Virus record (IMG/VR): IMGVR_UViG_3300019888_000004
Location: 3,023-67,022 of that record
From: a virus
Strand: one strand, 5' to 3'
Length of the DNA stretch: 64,000 bases
The notes under the pieces were generated by a model that worked only from the letters and a program-made list of their open reading frames with translations, searched no databases and had not been told where the DNA came from. Numbering within the stretch: position 1 is the stretch's first letter; every line of letters starts with the position of its first letter. A program made the position numbers and the translations under genes. Positions 18,865 through 28,119 of the stretch are shown here, one piece after another.

Positions 18865-19790
18865 CGCGTCACCTCCTGCCCAGCGTTCGCTGCACGGTGC
18901 TCCTGAATCTCCGCCCATTTGTAGGGCAGCGGCCAAGGAAAGCAGGACGTGACCGCAACCGTCTTTGGGTTGCACTTCACCACCTGCGCCCAGCGCCTAC
19001 GAATCATCACAGCATCGCCCGGCTTTACGTTGTCCCGGCTGAATGCCGCACCGCCCAGCGCGTTCATGGCAGCGGTGAAGTATTCGAGACGTTCTTGATA
19101 CTCGGCCCGGAGCACGCCCAATCTGGTTTGATAGGCTTTCGCTTGTTCGTCGGTCTGCTCAATCACTCCCTGCCCAGCCATGCGCCGGTCCACGTCGCGG
19201 ATTTGCGCGGCGTTCTCGTCAATGCGGTTTTGCAGATACACCTTGTCCCGCATTTGCACCTGGCTGGCGGTGTACTCCGCGGAAGCCGCCCGACCCGCGA
19301 AGTATTTCGCCTTGTCGCTTTCCTCAATGCCGCGGCGCATGGCGTTGTCAGCGCGTTCAATCGCCCGGCGATGTCTGCGTTCGCTGTGATGGCCAACAAG
19401 GATCGGCTGACCGAATGGAATGCCTGACTTTTCTTCGCTCAAGTCGGCCCGGTCGAACGCGACGGCAGCGCGGCGTTCTGCGTTGTCCGCGTGCGTTTCC
19501 ATGCGCTCGACGCGCTCTGCGGCGCGCTCAACTTTTGATTCTTGCTGCTCGGCGAAGCTCAATCGCTCGCCCGTTTCGCCGTCATCGGTCAAGCCTAGCG
19601 CGGTGGCGACCTGCACGGCCCGATAGTCGCTGCGCGTCGCCCGGCTCACCCAGCAACCGGCCCGGCCCGAGAATAGGCAGGCGCTTTTGATCGTGCTCTT
19701 TTGCGCGTCGCTCAAGGCCATGTAATCAGCCTTTGAGAATCGCAATTCCACCTTGCCGGTTTCCAGGTTGCGGACAAATGAGCCGTTCAT
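18861..19790 (-). CDS. DUF3560-domain protein
   Basis: GIPFGQPILVGHHSERRHRR signature; GGAGG RBS. Confidence 0.85.
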   Translation of the reverse strand: MNGSFVRNLETGKVELRFSKADYMALSDAQKSTIKSACLFSGRAGCWVSRATRSDYRAVQVATALGLTDDGETGERLSFAEQQESKVERAAERVERMETHADNAERRAAVAFDRADLSEEKSGIPFGQPILVGHHSERRHRRAIERADNAMRRGIEESDKAKYFAGRAASAEYTASQVQMRDKVYLQNRIDENAAQIRDVDRRMAGQGVIEQTDEQAKAYQTRLGVLRAEYQERLEYFTAAMNALGGAAFSRDNVKPGDAVMIRRRWAQVVKCNPKTVAVTSCFPWPLPYKWAEIQEHRAANAGQEVTR

Positions 19791-19981
19791 AGATAACCTC
19801 CACGCGCATAAATGAACTTCTTGCCGCGGCGAATCTCGTAATCGAATGGGGTTGTTGCCCTGCCCTCATTCACTTCCTTCCGGCCTGCGCGTATGCGCCG
19901 CTCACAGGCGTTGACAGCAAGGGCTTTGGTGCGGTGGCGTGAAATCTCGAAGCGGAAGGCCAGCAATCGGTATGCGCTCAC
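19787..19981 (-). CDS. hypothetical early protein
   Basis: GGAGG RBS, coupled stop/start. Confidence 0.5.
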   Translation of the reverse strand: MSAYRLLAFRFEISRHRTKALAVNACERRIRAGRKEVNEGRATTPFDYEIRRGKKFIYARGGYL

Positions 19982-20181
19982 GATTGCACCTCCTTCAGTG
20001 TGTTCAAATGATACCGCACCAGTTCAAGGATCGCCTCGTCACGCATCGCTCGCGGAAACTGCTCGATGGCCGGCGCGTGGAATACCGCGTGATCTTCCGA
20101 CGCGGGGTCGTCGTGCCAGGCCGCGTTTGCAGCGGCCAGGTAGTCCGCTGTCCGGTCCATGTCGCGCTGAAGCATGGTCAC
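19978..20181 (-). CDS. hypothetical early protein
   Basis: part of a tightly packed leftward operon. Confidence 0.45.
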   Translation of the reverse strand: MTMLQRDMDRTADYLAAANAAWHDDPASEDHAVFHAPAIEQFPRAMRDEAILELVRYHLNTLKEVQS

Positions 20182-20185
20182 CAGC

Positions 20186-20440
20186 TTACGGATGCGGTTG
20201 AAGCTCGGTTGATCGTTCTGGACGACGTTGACTTTGCGGGTTGTAAAAATTTCCGGCGGCGTCTTCGACCGTCCAGAAATTGCCCGCCATTTTCACGGTT
20301 GACCCGCCATATCGTGCGGCATCAGCCCTTTCTTTTTTTCGCGCGAGCGCGCAGGCGGCGGACAGACTCGGCGTCACAAGCTCCACCACGTCCACCACGT
20401 CGCCAGCGTCGTTCTTCCTCTTTACTGTGTAGTTTTTCAT
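20186..20440 (-). CDS. hypothetical early protein
   Basis: ATGA coupling. Confidence 0.5.
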   Translation of the reverse strand: MKNYTVKRKNDAGDVVDVVELVTPSLSAACALARKKERADAARYGGSTVKMAGNFWTVEDAAGNFYNPQSQRRPERSTELQPHP

Positions 20441-20643
20441 GTGTAGAAAAAGTATGCGCCGTCCGTGCGCAGAACTGTTTTGCCGGGCCGGTGCAATTTC
20501 ATCCAGTCGTTAATTTCGCTCAGGTGACGAATTGCTTTGACGGATTCCCATTCTCCGTCATCGGCCCGCTGGCGCTGCACGGTGGCCGAATAAGGGACGG
20601 GGTGTCCGTCAATTATCCGCGCTGGTCCGGTGTGGTTGTTCAT
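20437..20643 (-). CDS. hypothetical early protein
   Basis: ATGA coupling. Confidence 0.5.
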   Translation of the reverse strand: MNNHTGPARIIDGHPVPYSATVQRQRADDGEWESVKAIRHLSEINDWMKLHRPGKTVLRTDGAYFFYT

Positions 20644-21092
20644 GGGGCGGGCGCAAGTTTTGCGGCCAACGCGATGGCCTCTTGATCTTCGGCGGCCTGG
20701 CGGGAGTTATTCGCCGCGATGGCCTCGGCCAGTCCTTTGGCGATGTCCAGCAGGATGCGGTCGGGCACACTCAGCAGCGGCTCGCCGATTGGCTCACTCG
20801 GCGGATTCTCTGCGCGGTCGCGCTGGAGGTAGTATTTGCTCTGGCGCTCGATTTGGTTGTGCCCGTCGAAGTAGTCGAGCGTGGGGAAGGTCAACTGGTA
20901 CTGGCCGTCCACGATATACGCATAGTCGCTACGCGTCTGGTCCCAATCTCGGTCGCAACCGCTCCACTGCGAGCAGCCGGCATATACGAGTTGATCGCTG
21001 ATTGTGTGGCCACCAACATCCAGCGGCATCATATCGTCATCGAGTTGCGCGAGGATGGCTTGACGGAGTGCTTTGCGTGCTTCTTTTTTCAT
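20640..21092 (-). CDS. hypothetical protein, first gene of the leftward early operon
   Basis: 150 aa with globular composition, downstream of a sigma54-like promoter. Confidence 0.6.
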   Translation of the reverse strand: MKKEARKALRQAILAQLDDDMMPLDVGGHTISDQLVYAGCSQWSGCDRDWDQTRSDYAYIVDGQYQLTFPTLDYFDGHNQIERQSKYYLQRDRAENPPSEPIGEPLLSVPDRILLDIAKGLAEAIAANNSRQAAEDQEAIALAAKLAPAP

Positions 21093-21184
21093 GTTTGTCT
21101 ATCGGCCTCTCAGCCGTTTGCCCGGATGGTTTTGCCGCCGGGATCGCGGTGCGCTCAAGTGAGCGCGTCAACACCATTTTGCTC

Positions 21185-21199
21185 GCAGTCTCCATGCCA
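21185..21199 (-). promoter_or_regulatory. sigma54-like promoter (leftward)
   Basis: TGGCATGGAGACTGC = GG-N10-GC. Confidence 0.5.
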
Positions 21200-21356
21200 T
21201 GCGGAAATCCCCAATGTTTTCCGTTGTCCCGATCCTGTGAATTGTAAGCAATCCCGACGCGCATTTTGCACACTGTCTGCGTTTCCGACGCACCGTTACC
21301 GTTAATCACGCGACGGTTGACGCTACCGAAACTGACTTTGGGTGTTGACGGGATTA

Positions 21357-21384
21357 TTGACGGAAAAGTCTTACATTTTACACT
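21357..21384 (+). promoter_or_regulatory. sigma70-like promoter
   Basis: TTGACG-N16-TACACT. Confidence 0.45.
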
Positions 21385-21426
21385 CCCGAGAAGTCGCGCA
21401 ACCGTTAAAGGTTGGAGATCGGAGAT

Positions 21427-21441
21427 TGGCACGGGACACGC
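21427..21441 (+). promoter_or_regulatory. sigma54-like promoter (rightward)
   Basis: TGGCACGGGACACGC = GG-N10-GC; predicted +1 coincides with the leader start at about 21454. Confidence 0.55.
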
Positions 21442-21453
21442 TAAACCGAAAGC

Positions 21454-21541
21454 GTGAAGCAGACGAAAAATCTTCCGGGGACTGGCCAAGCGCGCGCTTG
21501 TCTGCTTCACATCTTTCATCCGTGCGCTGGTTGGTCCTCGG
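21454..21541 (+). ncRNA. A-B-A'-B' structured leader (c4/CI-like), copy 1
   Basis: GTGAAGCAGAC/GTCTGCTTCAC and CCGGGGACTGGCCA/TGGTTGGTCCTCGG interleaved. Confidence 0.6.
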
Positions 21542-21559
21542 TTTTCCAAACAACAAACA

Positions 21560-21967
21560 ATGAACGCAACTGAAATCATCACCTCGAAACCCGTGAACGT
21601 GTGGCAGATCGGGCCCGATGGCTGCGGGGCATACGACTTCAACTACGATGGAGATAAAGTCGTATTGCTCAAGAAATCCCAGCGGGCTTTCCTGCTAACA
21701 GACGAATGGTGTGGTGGAAACGTCGAAGGGGAATGCTACCGCTGCCATTTTTCGGAAGTCGGCTACAGCGATGCGGTGGAAGCCGTCCTGTCTGCCTCCC
21801 GGGGCAAAGAGCCGAGCCTCGGCGGCAATGGTGGAAGCCGCTACGGAAATGCACCGGTGTGGCTCAAGCAGGCCGTAAAACGCGCCGACGTGCGCGACGC
21901 GCTGGATGATAAAGAACTCACAGCCGCAATCGATGAAGAACAGGTGGGAAGCGAGGTGCTGCCGTGA
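21560..21967 (+). CDS. hypothetical protein
   Basis: 135-aa ORF following the structured leader. Confidence 0.55.
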   Translation: MNATEIITSKPVNVWQIGPDGCGAYDFNYDGDKVVLLKKSQRAFLLTDEWCGGNVEGECYRCHFSEVGYSDAVEAVLSASRGKEPSLGGNGGSRYGNAPVWLKQAVKRADVRDALDDKELTAAIDEEQVGSEVLP

Positions 21968-22071
21968 ACACATGGGCCTGAACACGCGCCGCCGGCCTCC
22001 GCGAACTGGGGTATTTCTCGCCAGCGCACTTTTCGCTAGCGCACGTCCCGGAACAGGGGTAAATACGTCCT

Positions 22072-22446
22072 GTGTCAGCCTGCCCACACTGCGGCCAGGC
22101 CATTGAGCCGGCGCCAATACTCGCCTACAACCCGGGACCGCCAGCGTTACAGATTCACACTGAATGGGTTACGGTCAGATTGCATGTGAGATGCGCCAAT
22201 GCTATCGCAAGCCTTCACCGCCGCGCTCGGTGCGCTGCGAGCACCCGCCCAATTCTCGCACCACCGCCAGAAGCCGCCCAAGCCGCGTTTCTCGCAATCC
22301 GCCGCCGCCTGAATAGCCACACTGGAGCTACGCTGTCCGTGCCAGACAACACAGAGGTTTACTGGACCAAACGCCCGCCGGTCACGCCTACCATCCGCCG
22401 CTGGATCGTCACCGCCGCTGACCTGCTCAATATCCCGTGGGAGTGA
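22072..22446 (+). CDS. hypothetical protein (CPHCG)
   Basis: ORF track; Zn-ribbon-like start. Confidence 0.35.
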   Translation: MSACPHCGQAIEPAPILAYNPGPPALQIHTEWVTVRLHVRCANAIASLHRRARCAASTRPILAPPPEAAQAAFLAIRRRLNSHTGATLSVPDNTEVYWTKRPPVTPTIRRWIVTAADLLNIPWE

Positions 22447-23210
22447 GCCGTCTTGTGTGTGTCACACCGCTACGGGTTGTGGTTCAGGAAGTGAATTTTT
22501 CGGGTTATGGCCACAAGTCACGAACGCCCTGATTTCATTTGTGTTTATGACGCGGCATGTGGGCATAACTGACATTGTTCTTCATTATGGTCAGTAGTTG
22601 ACCCGACGACGCACTTTCCCGGCCACGAGGCAAAACCGGGCCGTCATCTCCGCGCTGATCGCCGACAGGCCGGGCCGGAGTCGTCCAGCCCGCCCCGAGG
22701 TGGCCGCCGACCATCGAGCCATCCAGCCCGACCGCGCCACGAGCCGACACCCACCCCGGTCGAGCGGGGCTACTGGGGTAGTGGCGTCCAGAACGGCGTA
22801 TAGACCAACCCCGGACTCGCGGACTCTTTTTGAAAATTTTACGCACCGACCACAAGAAGGTTCATCTGGCGATGCTGGTCAATTTTGGCGGCTTTCGTAA
22901 GGTTCTCTTTCGGTTTCAGAGGTTGGAGGTTTGAGAAGTGGGCGCATTGCTGGAATTGAAGCGGGTCGGCCAGATTTTTCAGAACTCAGCTTTCGGACTC
23001 AGCGAATGATTTTCCGGCCTTGCGCGGCTGGTGCGTTCCTGTCGCGGGCTGAGGTTCGGCCGCGTTTGGGGCAACGGGTCCGCTTTGGGTGGAGTGACGG
23101 TACTCGAGCAAGAGGGGAGCCGCGTGGCTGGAGTACTCGAGCAAATGGACACGATGCGATGGATAGTCCTGCTGTAGGCGGGAGGGAGGAGGCGGGGTGG
23201 TTCGGTGGGG

Positions 23211-23343
23211 GTGGAAGTCCGTGGAGGTTGAGCGAACCGTGGAAGGCGGTAAAAACCAGCGTGGCTCCCTAAGAAGTGTATGTCGGGTGTCAAGCCTCAC
23301 ACTTCTCCACATGACTCCACAAAACTCCACAAAAGGCTTGACT
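23211..23343 (+). repeat. 10-bp-phased CTCCAC/GTGGAR repeats upstream of a TTGACT promoter
   Basis: CTCCACA x3 at 23305, 23315 and 23325; inverted GTGGAA/GTGGAG at 23211 and 23221. Confidence 0.6.
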
Positions 23344-23371
23344 GGATTTGGGTGGTTTGGGAGCCTGCGGA

Positions 23372-23917
23372 ATGAACAACTGGTCGCCGCTTTTCGGGAA
23401 GATTGTGGACTCGTCGCTGTGGCGCGAGGACGACATGGTGGTGAAGGTGTTTCTGACGATGCTGGCGAAAAAGGATGCCGACAACGTGGTTCGGGCCAGC
23501 GCGTTTATGCTTGGGGAATGGGCGAAGAAGTCTGAGGAGGATGTGCTCAAAGCCTTGAAGGTTCTATCCGCGCCGGACACCAAGCGGATCGAGCCGCAGC
23601 CGTTCGAAGGCCGCCGGATCGGAAAGGTGGATGATGGCTGGCTGATTCTCAACGCCCAGTATTACCGGGGGCTGGTCAGCAAGTATGTTCAGAAGGATTA
23701 CAACCGGGAGTGGATGGAGAAATACCGGGAGGAACTGAAGAAGAAAACGCCGGAGCAGATTGCCTACATCAAGAGAATCAGGGAGCTTGGGAAGAAGATT
23801 CGGCACTGGCACAAGCTGTCGAAGGATGAGGTTGGGAACAACGGGAATCCGACGGCGAAGGAGATTCAGGACGCCGAGAATGAATATCGGGCGGCAACGA
23901 TGAAGGAGAAAGAATGA
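23372..23917 (+). CDS. putative replication initiator / replisome-organizer-like wHTH protein
   Basis: WSPLFGKIVDSSLW...VFLTMLA...GRRI..VDDGWLILN pattern. Confidence 0.6.
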   Translation: MNNWSPLFGKIVDSSLWREDDMVVKVFLTMLAKKDADNVVRASAFMLGEWAKKSEEDVLKALKVLSAPDTKRIEPQPFEGRRIGKVDDGWLILNAQYYRGLVSKYVQKDYNREWMEKYREELKKKTPEQIAYIKRIRELGKKIRHWHKLSKDEVGNNGNPTAKEIQDAENEYRAATMKEKE

Positions 23918-24813
23918 CAAGCTCACTGACAATCTTCACCCGCGCGGCGGCAATGCTGGCCGAAGCGGACACCATCCAAAAGGCGAAGGAGTTGAAGGAT
24001 TTGGCGCTCACGGCGAAGGATTGGGCGCGGCGAAAGGGAATGGGCGAGGAAGCGATTCAGCATGCCCGGAGTTATGCGTTTGAGGCGGAGCGGAAGATGG
24101 GGCAGATGCTATCGGTTATGCCGAAGAACAAGGGGGCGATTCGAGGTAAGACTGGTATCCAAGGCAAACCACTCCCGGATAAATTGCCGACGCTTCAGTC
24201 TTTCGGTTTGAACAAACTCTCAAGTTCAAAGGCGCAGGCGTTGGCCGCGCTTCCGGTGGAAGTCTTCGAGAAAGTGAAGGCTGGAATTCTGTCTCGAAAT
24301 GGAAAATCGGTTCACGTCTCCCACAACTCCGGCGAGAACGAGTGGTACACGCCGTCCGAGTTCGTGGAAGCGGCGCGGGCGGCGATGGGTGGTATTGACT
24401 GCGACCCGGCGTCGTCGGCGATTGCGAATAAGACGGTTAAGGCGCGAAAATTTTTCGACAAGGAGTGCGACGGATTGAAACAGGCATGGACAGGGCGGGT
24501 GTTCTTGAATCCGCCGTATGCGCAACCGCTCGTGGCACAGTTCGCGAACGCGGTTGCCGACAAGTTCAACCTCGGCGAGATCGAACATGCTTGCGTCCTG
24601 GTGAACAACGCGACGGAGACGGCGTGGTTTGTGAAGATCGCGCAGGTGGCTTCGGCGATTTGCTTCCCAACTACGCGCGTCCGGTTTCTTGATCCAACTG
24701 GCGCGGCGGCTGGAGCGCCGTTGCAGGGGCAGGCCGTGCTTTACCTCGGGCGGCGCCGGGCGGCGTTCTGTGCTGCGTTCAAACCGTTTGGAATTTGCGT
24801 GCATGTCGTTTGA
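23914..24813 (+). CDS. phage DNA N6-adenine methyltransferase
   Basis: EWYTP, DPAS, FLNPPY. Confidence 0.85.
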   Translation: MTSSLTIFTRAAAMLAEADTIQKAKELKDLALTAKDWARRKGMGEEAIQHARSYAFEAERKMGQMLSVMPKNKGAIRGKTGIQGKPLPDKLPTLQSFGLNKLSSSKAQALAALPVEVFEKVKAGILSRNGKSVHVSHNSGENEWYTPSEFVEAARAAMGGIDCDPASSAIANKTVKARKFFDKECDGLKQAWTGRVFLNPPYAQPLVAQFANAVADKFNLGEIEHACVLVNNATETAWFVKIAQVASAICFPTTRVRFLDPTGAAAGAPLQGQAVLYLGRRRAAFCAAFKPFGICVHVV

Positions 24814-25375
24814 AAAACAACTGGCAGTCGGACTTTACGGCGAGGATTTGATAAGCCGATGGCTCATCCGGCGCGGAATGCAAGTGTTGCCAGCGTACCA
24901 GATTCAGGAGAACCACGGCAAAGGCCCGCGCCTGTTCGGACAATACGGACAGTTGATTTGCCCCGATCTTCTGGTGTTCAAAGCCGAGCGGGTGATTTGG
25001 ATTGAGGCCAAGCTGAAATCGGCATTCACTTGGCATCGCATGTCGGCGAGTTGGCAGACGGGAATTGATCGGCGGCACTGGCGCGATTATGTGGAAGTCG
25101 AGCGCGTTACACCGTTCCCCGTCTGGCTCTTTTTCCTCCACGCTCCCGGACACGCGGCCAAGGACACGCCGGAAGGATTGAAAAGCCCCAGCGGACTTTA
25201 CGGTAACAGCGTAAAGTTGCTGGTTGAATGCGTGCATCACGAGCACGATGGGCACGGGCCAAGCGGGATGGTTTACTGGCGCGAATCGGCCTTGAAAAAG
25301 CTGGCTGATTGGAGTGCGTTTCTGCCAGACAAGATTGCCGCCGAGGGCCTGCCCGGAAATGGAGAGGCGCGATGA
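24803..25375 (+). CDS. PD-(D/E)xK nuclease-fold protein
   Basis: PDLLVF...WIEAK. Confidence 0.65.
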   Translation: MSFEKQLAVGLYGEDLISRWLIRRGMQVLPAYQIQENHGKGPRLFGQYGQLICPDLLVFKAERVIWIEAKLKSAFTWHRMSASWQTGIDRRHWRDYVEVERVTPFPVWLFFLHAPGHAAKDTPEGLKSPSGLYGNSVKLLVECVHHEHDGHGPSGMVYWRESALKKLADWSAFLPDKIAAEGLPGNGEAR

Positions 25376-25631
25376 CTCAACCGATATGAAGAAGGTTGCG
25401 GCGGCGCTGTTCAGGATACTGTGTAGGATACGGCACAAACGCCACTGGCATGAACAGGTCTATACGGATAGGGTGCGCTACTATCAGCGGACTGAGTGCT
25501 GGAAGTGTGGGGCGGTGCAATCGGCATATCGCGTATGCCGCAACCAAAAGCATCCGCATGAAACGCGCGCTTCCGAAGTTCGCGCGGAGGCTGGCTTGTC
25601 CGCGAAGGCCGAAGGACTGCCGGACAACTGA
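25372..25631 (+). CDS. hypothetical protein
   Basis: GGAGAGG RBS, ATGA coupling, CWKC. Confidence 0.4.
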
Positions 25632-25639
25632 GAGGACCC

Positions 25640-25810
25640 ATGCCCGACGAATCGCACAACCCGGTAGCATCCGACCAACTGCGGCAGGAAATCCGAGAAG
25701 TTATCCGCCGCTATGGCCAGGAGAGCGACGTGACGGTGTATCAGGCAATCGGAGTGCTGGAGATCGTGAAATTCGACCTTGTGGACATGCTGGAAAAGGC
25801 GCGGGAGTAA
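25640..25810 (+). CDS. hypothetical protein (56 aa)
   Basis: GAGAGGA RBS; TVYQAIGVLEIVKFDL. Confidence 0.55.
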   Translation: MPDESHNPVASDQLRQEIREVIRRYGQESDVTVYQAIGVLEIVKFDLVDMLEKARE

Positions 25811-25844
25811 TGTTCAGCTGGGGGTTTCGGGTTTCCGGTTTCGC

Positions 25845-26123
25845 TCATGGTTCAGTCACTACGTATTCGATTTGCTTTTCAGGTCCGGCGTGCGCGCTCA
25901 CATCCCAGGCGTGCTCGAAGGTTGTGACCCACGCTTCGGATTTGTCTGGTGTGTAGCCTTGCGCGTTTTCTCGCCACCACATTTCCCACTGAGCCGACCA
26001 GATTCGAACATTCTTGCCGAGCACGTGGCGTTTCAGGGCGGGATAGCGTTTGAGTTTTTCGAGACGGATTCGAGAGTTCAGCCGTGGCTTAACAACCGCG
26101 AGAGTGCGGGGTTCTCTTGTCAT
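25845..26123 (-). CDS. hypothetical protein
   Basis: VRIWSAQWEMWWRENAQGYT; GGAG RBS. Confidence 0.55.
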   Translation of the reverse strand: MTREPRTLAVVKPRLNSRIRLEKLKRYPALKRHVLGKNVRIWSAQWEMWWRENAQGYTPDKSEAWVTTFEHAWDVSAHAGPEKQIEYVVTEP

Positions 26124-26322
26124 GGCTCTCCATTCCTTTCCGAGTCTCGCTGCTTGCGTGCGCACGCGGAACAAACCAACCCCACAGTCCACGCGCCGCA
26201 AGCGCACTTGTGGACGATGCCGCCGGCCTGGGATTTGGCGATGGCGCGGCGGGTGTCCTTAGCGTCGTCCACGAGGTGCTTCAATCGGACGGCGAGTTGA
26301 TTTTCCAATTCGTCGTTCATTG

Positions 26323-26613
26323 TCAAAACGGTTCTCCAACGGGCGACGGCAACGGCCTGAAATCAATCACGTCGTCAGCTTTTCGCCCATTGCAGACATC
26401 ACATAAAATTTGCAAATTATCGTGCTGAAAATGCTGCTTCCGGTAAAACAGCATTCGCTGGTCGGTGCTGCCGCGGTGATGATCGTCGCCAGTCGGTTCG
26501 ATGCAGTCGAAGGTAAGGTTGTCAGTCGCCCCACACTTCGCGCAGACCGGCCCAAGGATCGCGAGCAGGTCGGCCCGCGCTTTTATCGCCCAGGATTTTG
26601 CGCGCGCGCTCAT
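26323..26613 (-). CDS. HNH endonuclease (McrA-like)
   Basis: CAKCG...LTFD...NLQILCDVCN. Confidence 0.7.
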   Translation of the reverse strand: MSARAKSWAIKARADLLAILGPVCAKCGATDNLTFDCIEPTGDDHHRGSTDQRMLFYRKQHFQHDNLQILCDVCNGRKADDVIDFRPLPSPVGEPF

Positions 26614-26782
26614 GGTTAAAATGGTTCTCGGCATTTCTCGCAGATAAACTTTCCGTCCTCCAGCGTGATCTGCCGCACGTTGAACAACTTCCCGCACTCG
26701 TCGCATCGCTCCAGCGTGGCGTCCACGGGAAGACCGATCAGTGGGATGGAATAGTTGCCGACGTGAACGATGGCGTGAGCAC

Positions 26783-27190
26783 TCATTTTACAACTTCTCG
26801 AAACTCGTCAAGCGAAGTGACTACTGCGGCCTTGGCTCCGAGCTTCACCAGCCATGCGAGTGTGGCGGCTTGTTCTGTTGTCAGTTTTTGGCCCGGCCTT
26901 TTCACCTCTACAAACCACACGCGCCCACCATCTCCGACGATTATGAAGTCGGGTTCGCCAATCCGGCGTCGCGTTCTGTGGGCCATTGAGCCATGAAAGA
27001 ATAGCCAGCCCTTGCTCCGGCAGAATTCCATCATTGCCTCATGCAGATCGGATTCGGATTCAGCCCGCCGTCCGCGGTGTGCGCTTTCAACGCCAGCGGG
27101 CCGATCCGAAGTCCCCTCGTCAGGCTGCCGCACGCGATTCGCGTTCAGGCGGCGAACCATTTCGTCAAATTGTAATCGGGTGACAGTCAT
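26783..27190 (-). CDS. VRR-NUC nuclease / resolvase
   Basis: ESDL...GEPDF...FVEVKRPGQKLTTEQ. Confidence 0.85.
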   Translation of the reverse strand: MTVTRLQFDEMVRRLNANRVRQPDEGTSDRPAGVESAHRGRRAESESDLHEAMMEFCRSKGWLFFHGSMAHRTRRRIGEPDFIIVGDGGRVWFVEVKRPGQKLTTEQAATLAWLVKLGAKAAVVTSLDEFREVVK

Positions 27191-27193
27191 GGG

Positions 27194-27379
27194 TTATCCG
27201 TGCGTTCTCACAAACTCATCAGCATCCGCCTGCTCGCGGAACGTGGCGAGCCATTCGATGCCGCCGTCCCAGCTTGGATTTCCGTTTGGCCAGGCGATTT
27301 CAAAGTTGCCGGTGTCTGGGTTGTGCCAGATCACGCATCTGGGGTAGCGCGGCTTGGCTATCGGGATTTCGTCAGTCAT
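27194..27379 (-). CDS. hypothetical protein
   Basis: packed in the operon. Confidence 0.45.
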   Translation of the reverse strand: MTDEIPIAKPRYPRCVIWHNPDTGNFEIAWPNGNPSWDGGIEWLATFREQADADEFVRTHG

Positions 27380-27975
27380 TTGGACTCTTTTGCGATGGTC
27401 AGCCGAGCGGCTTCTCTAGCAGCGTGGAGATGCGGCCAATTTTTCCCGGTTCTAATGCTGCGGATCGCGCTTTCAAAGACACCGTATTTTTTGGCCAGTT
27501 CTTTGGGCGTCGTTGAGCAATTTATTATTTCCAAAGCTTGAGCCTCTGTGAATTTGTGGTTTGGTCTTCCCTCTCCGGGATTCGACCTTCCTTTTGCCAC
27601 CATGTCTTGTGAGTTGTCCTTGGCGGTTCCAACAAAAAGATGGTCAGGGTTTACACATGGACGATTGTCGCAGCGGTGGCAAACAAACAAACCGGCTGGG
27701 ATTTGACCGACAAAAAGCTCGTAGGAAACTCTGTGGGCTGGCCTGGTTTTTGTGCCCCGCACTCCAATCGTTCCGTATCCGCGCGTTGTTCCGCCGGTCC
27801 AAATCCAGCACGTTGAAGTTTTGTCAACCTTAACCTTCGCCAGAAATCGTCCCAGGATTGGCTGTGTTCGGGTTTTGAAATAACAGATTCTTGAGCAGTA
27901 CTTTCTTGCTTCAAACCTGGATCGTTCCGGCTTGAATGGCCGTCCGCAAACTTCACAAAGTTTTTCCGCCATCAT
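27376..27975 (-). CDS. HNH homing endonuclease
   Basis: CWIWTG...AHRVSY...VCHRCDNRPCVNPDHL; C-terminal HTH. Confidence 0.9.
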   Translation of the reverse strand: MMAEKLCEVCGRPFKPERSRFEARKYCSRICYFKTRTQPILGRFLAKVKVDKTSTCWIWTGGTTRGYGTIGVRGTKTRPAHRVSYELFVGQIPAGLFVCHRCDNRPCVNPDHLFVGTAKDNSQDMVAKGRSNPGEGRPNHKFTEAQALEIINCSTTPKELAKKYGVFESAIRSIRTGKNWPHLHAAREAARLTIAKESK

Positions 27976-28119
27976 TGCTGCACCTTTTGAGGTGTCCCGG
28001 CCCGCGTGTGCAGCGTTCGCTGGAAGGCGAGGCAAGCCCACTGAAGGACTTCGCGAGCCGAGACAGATTTGATTTACGCTGCACACAGGAACGATGCCAG
28101 TTTTATCCGCATCCGTCAA
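27976..28119 (-). ncRNA. promoter plus A-B-A'-B'-A leader, copy 2
   Basis: TTGACG-N17-CATCGT; GTGTGCAGCGT/ACGCTGCACAC; GTCTCGGCTCGC/GCGGGCCGGGAC; GTGCAGC repeated before ATG. Confidence 0.65.
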
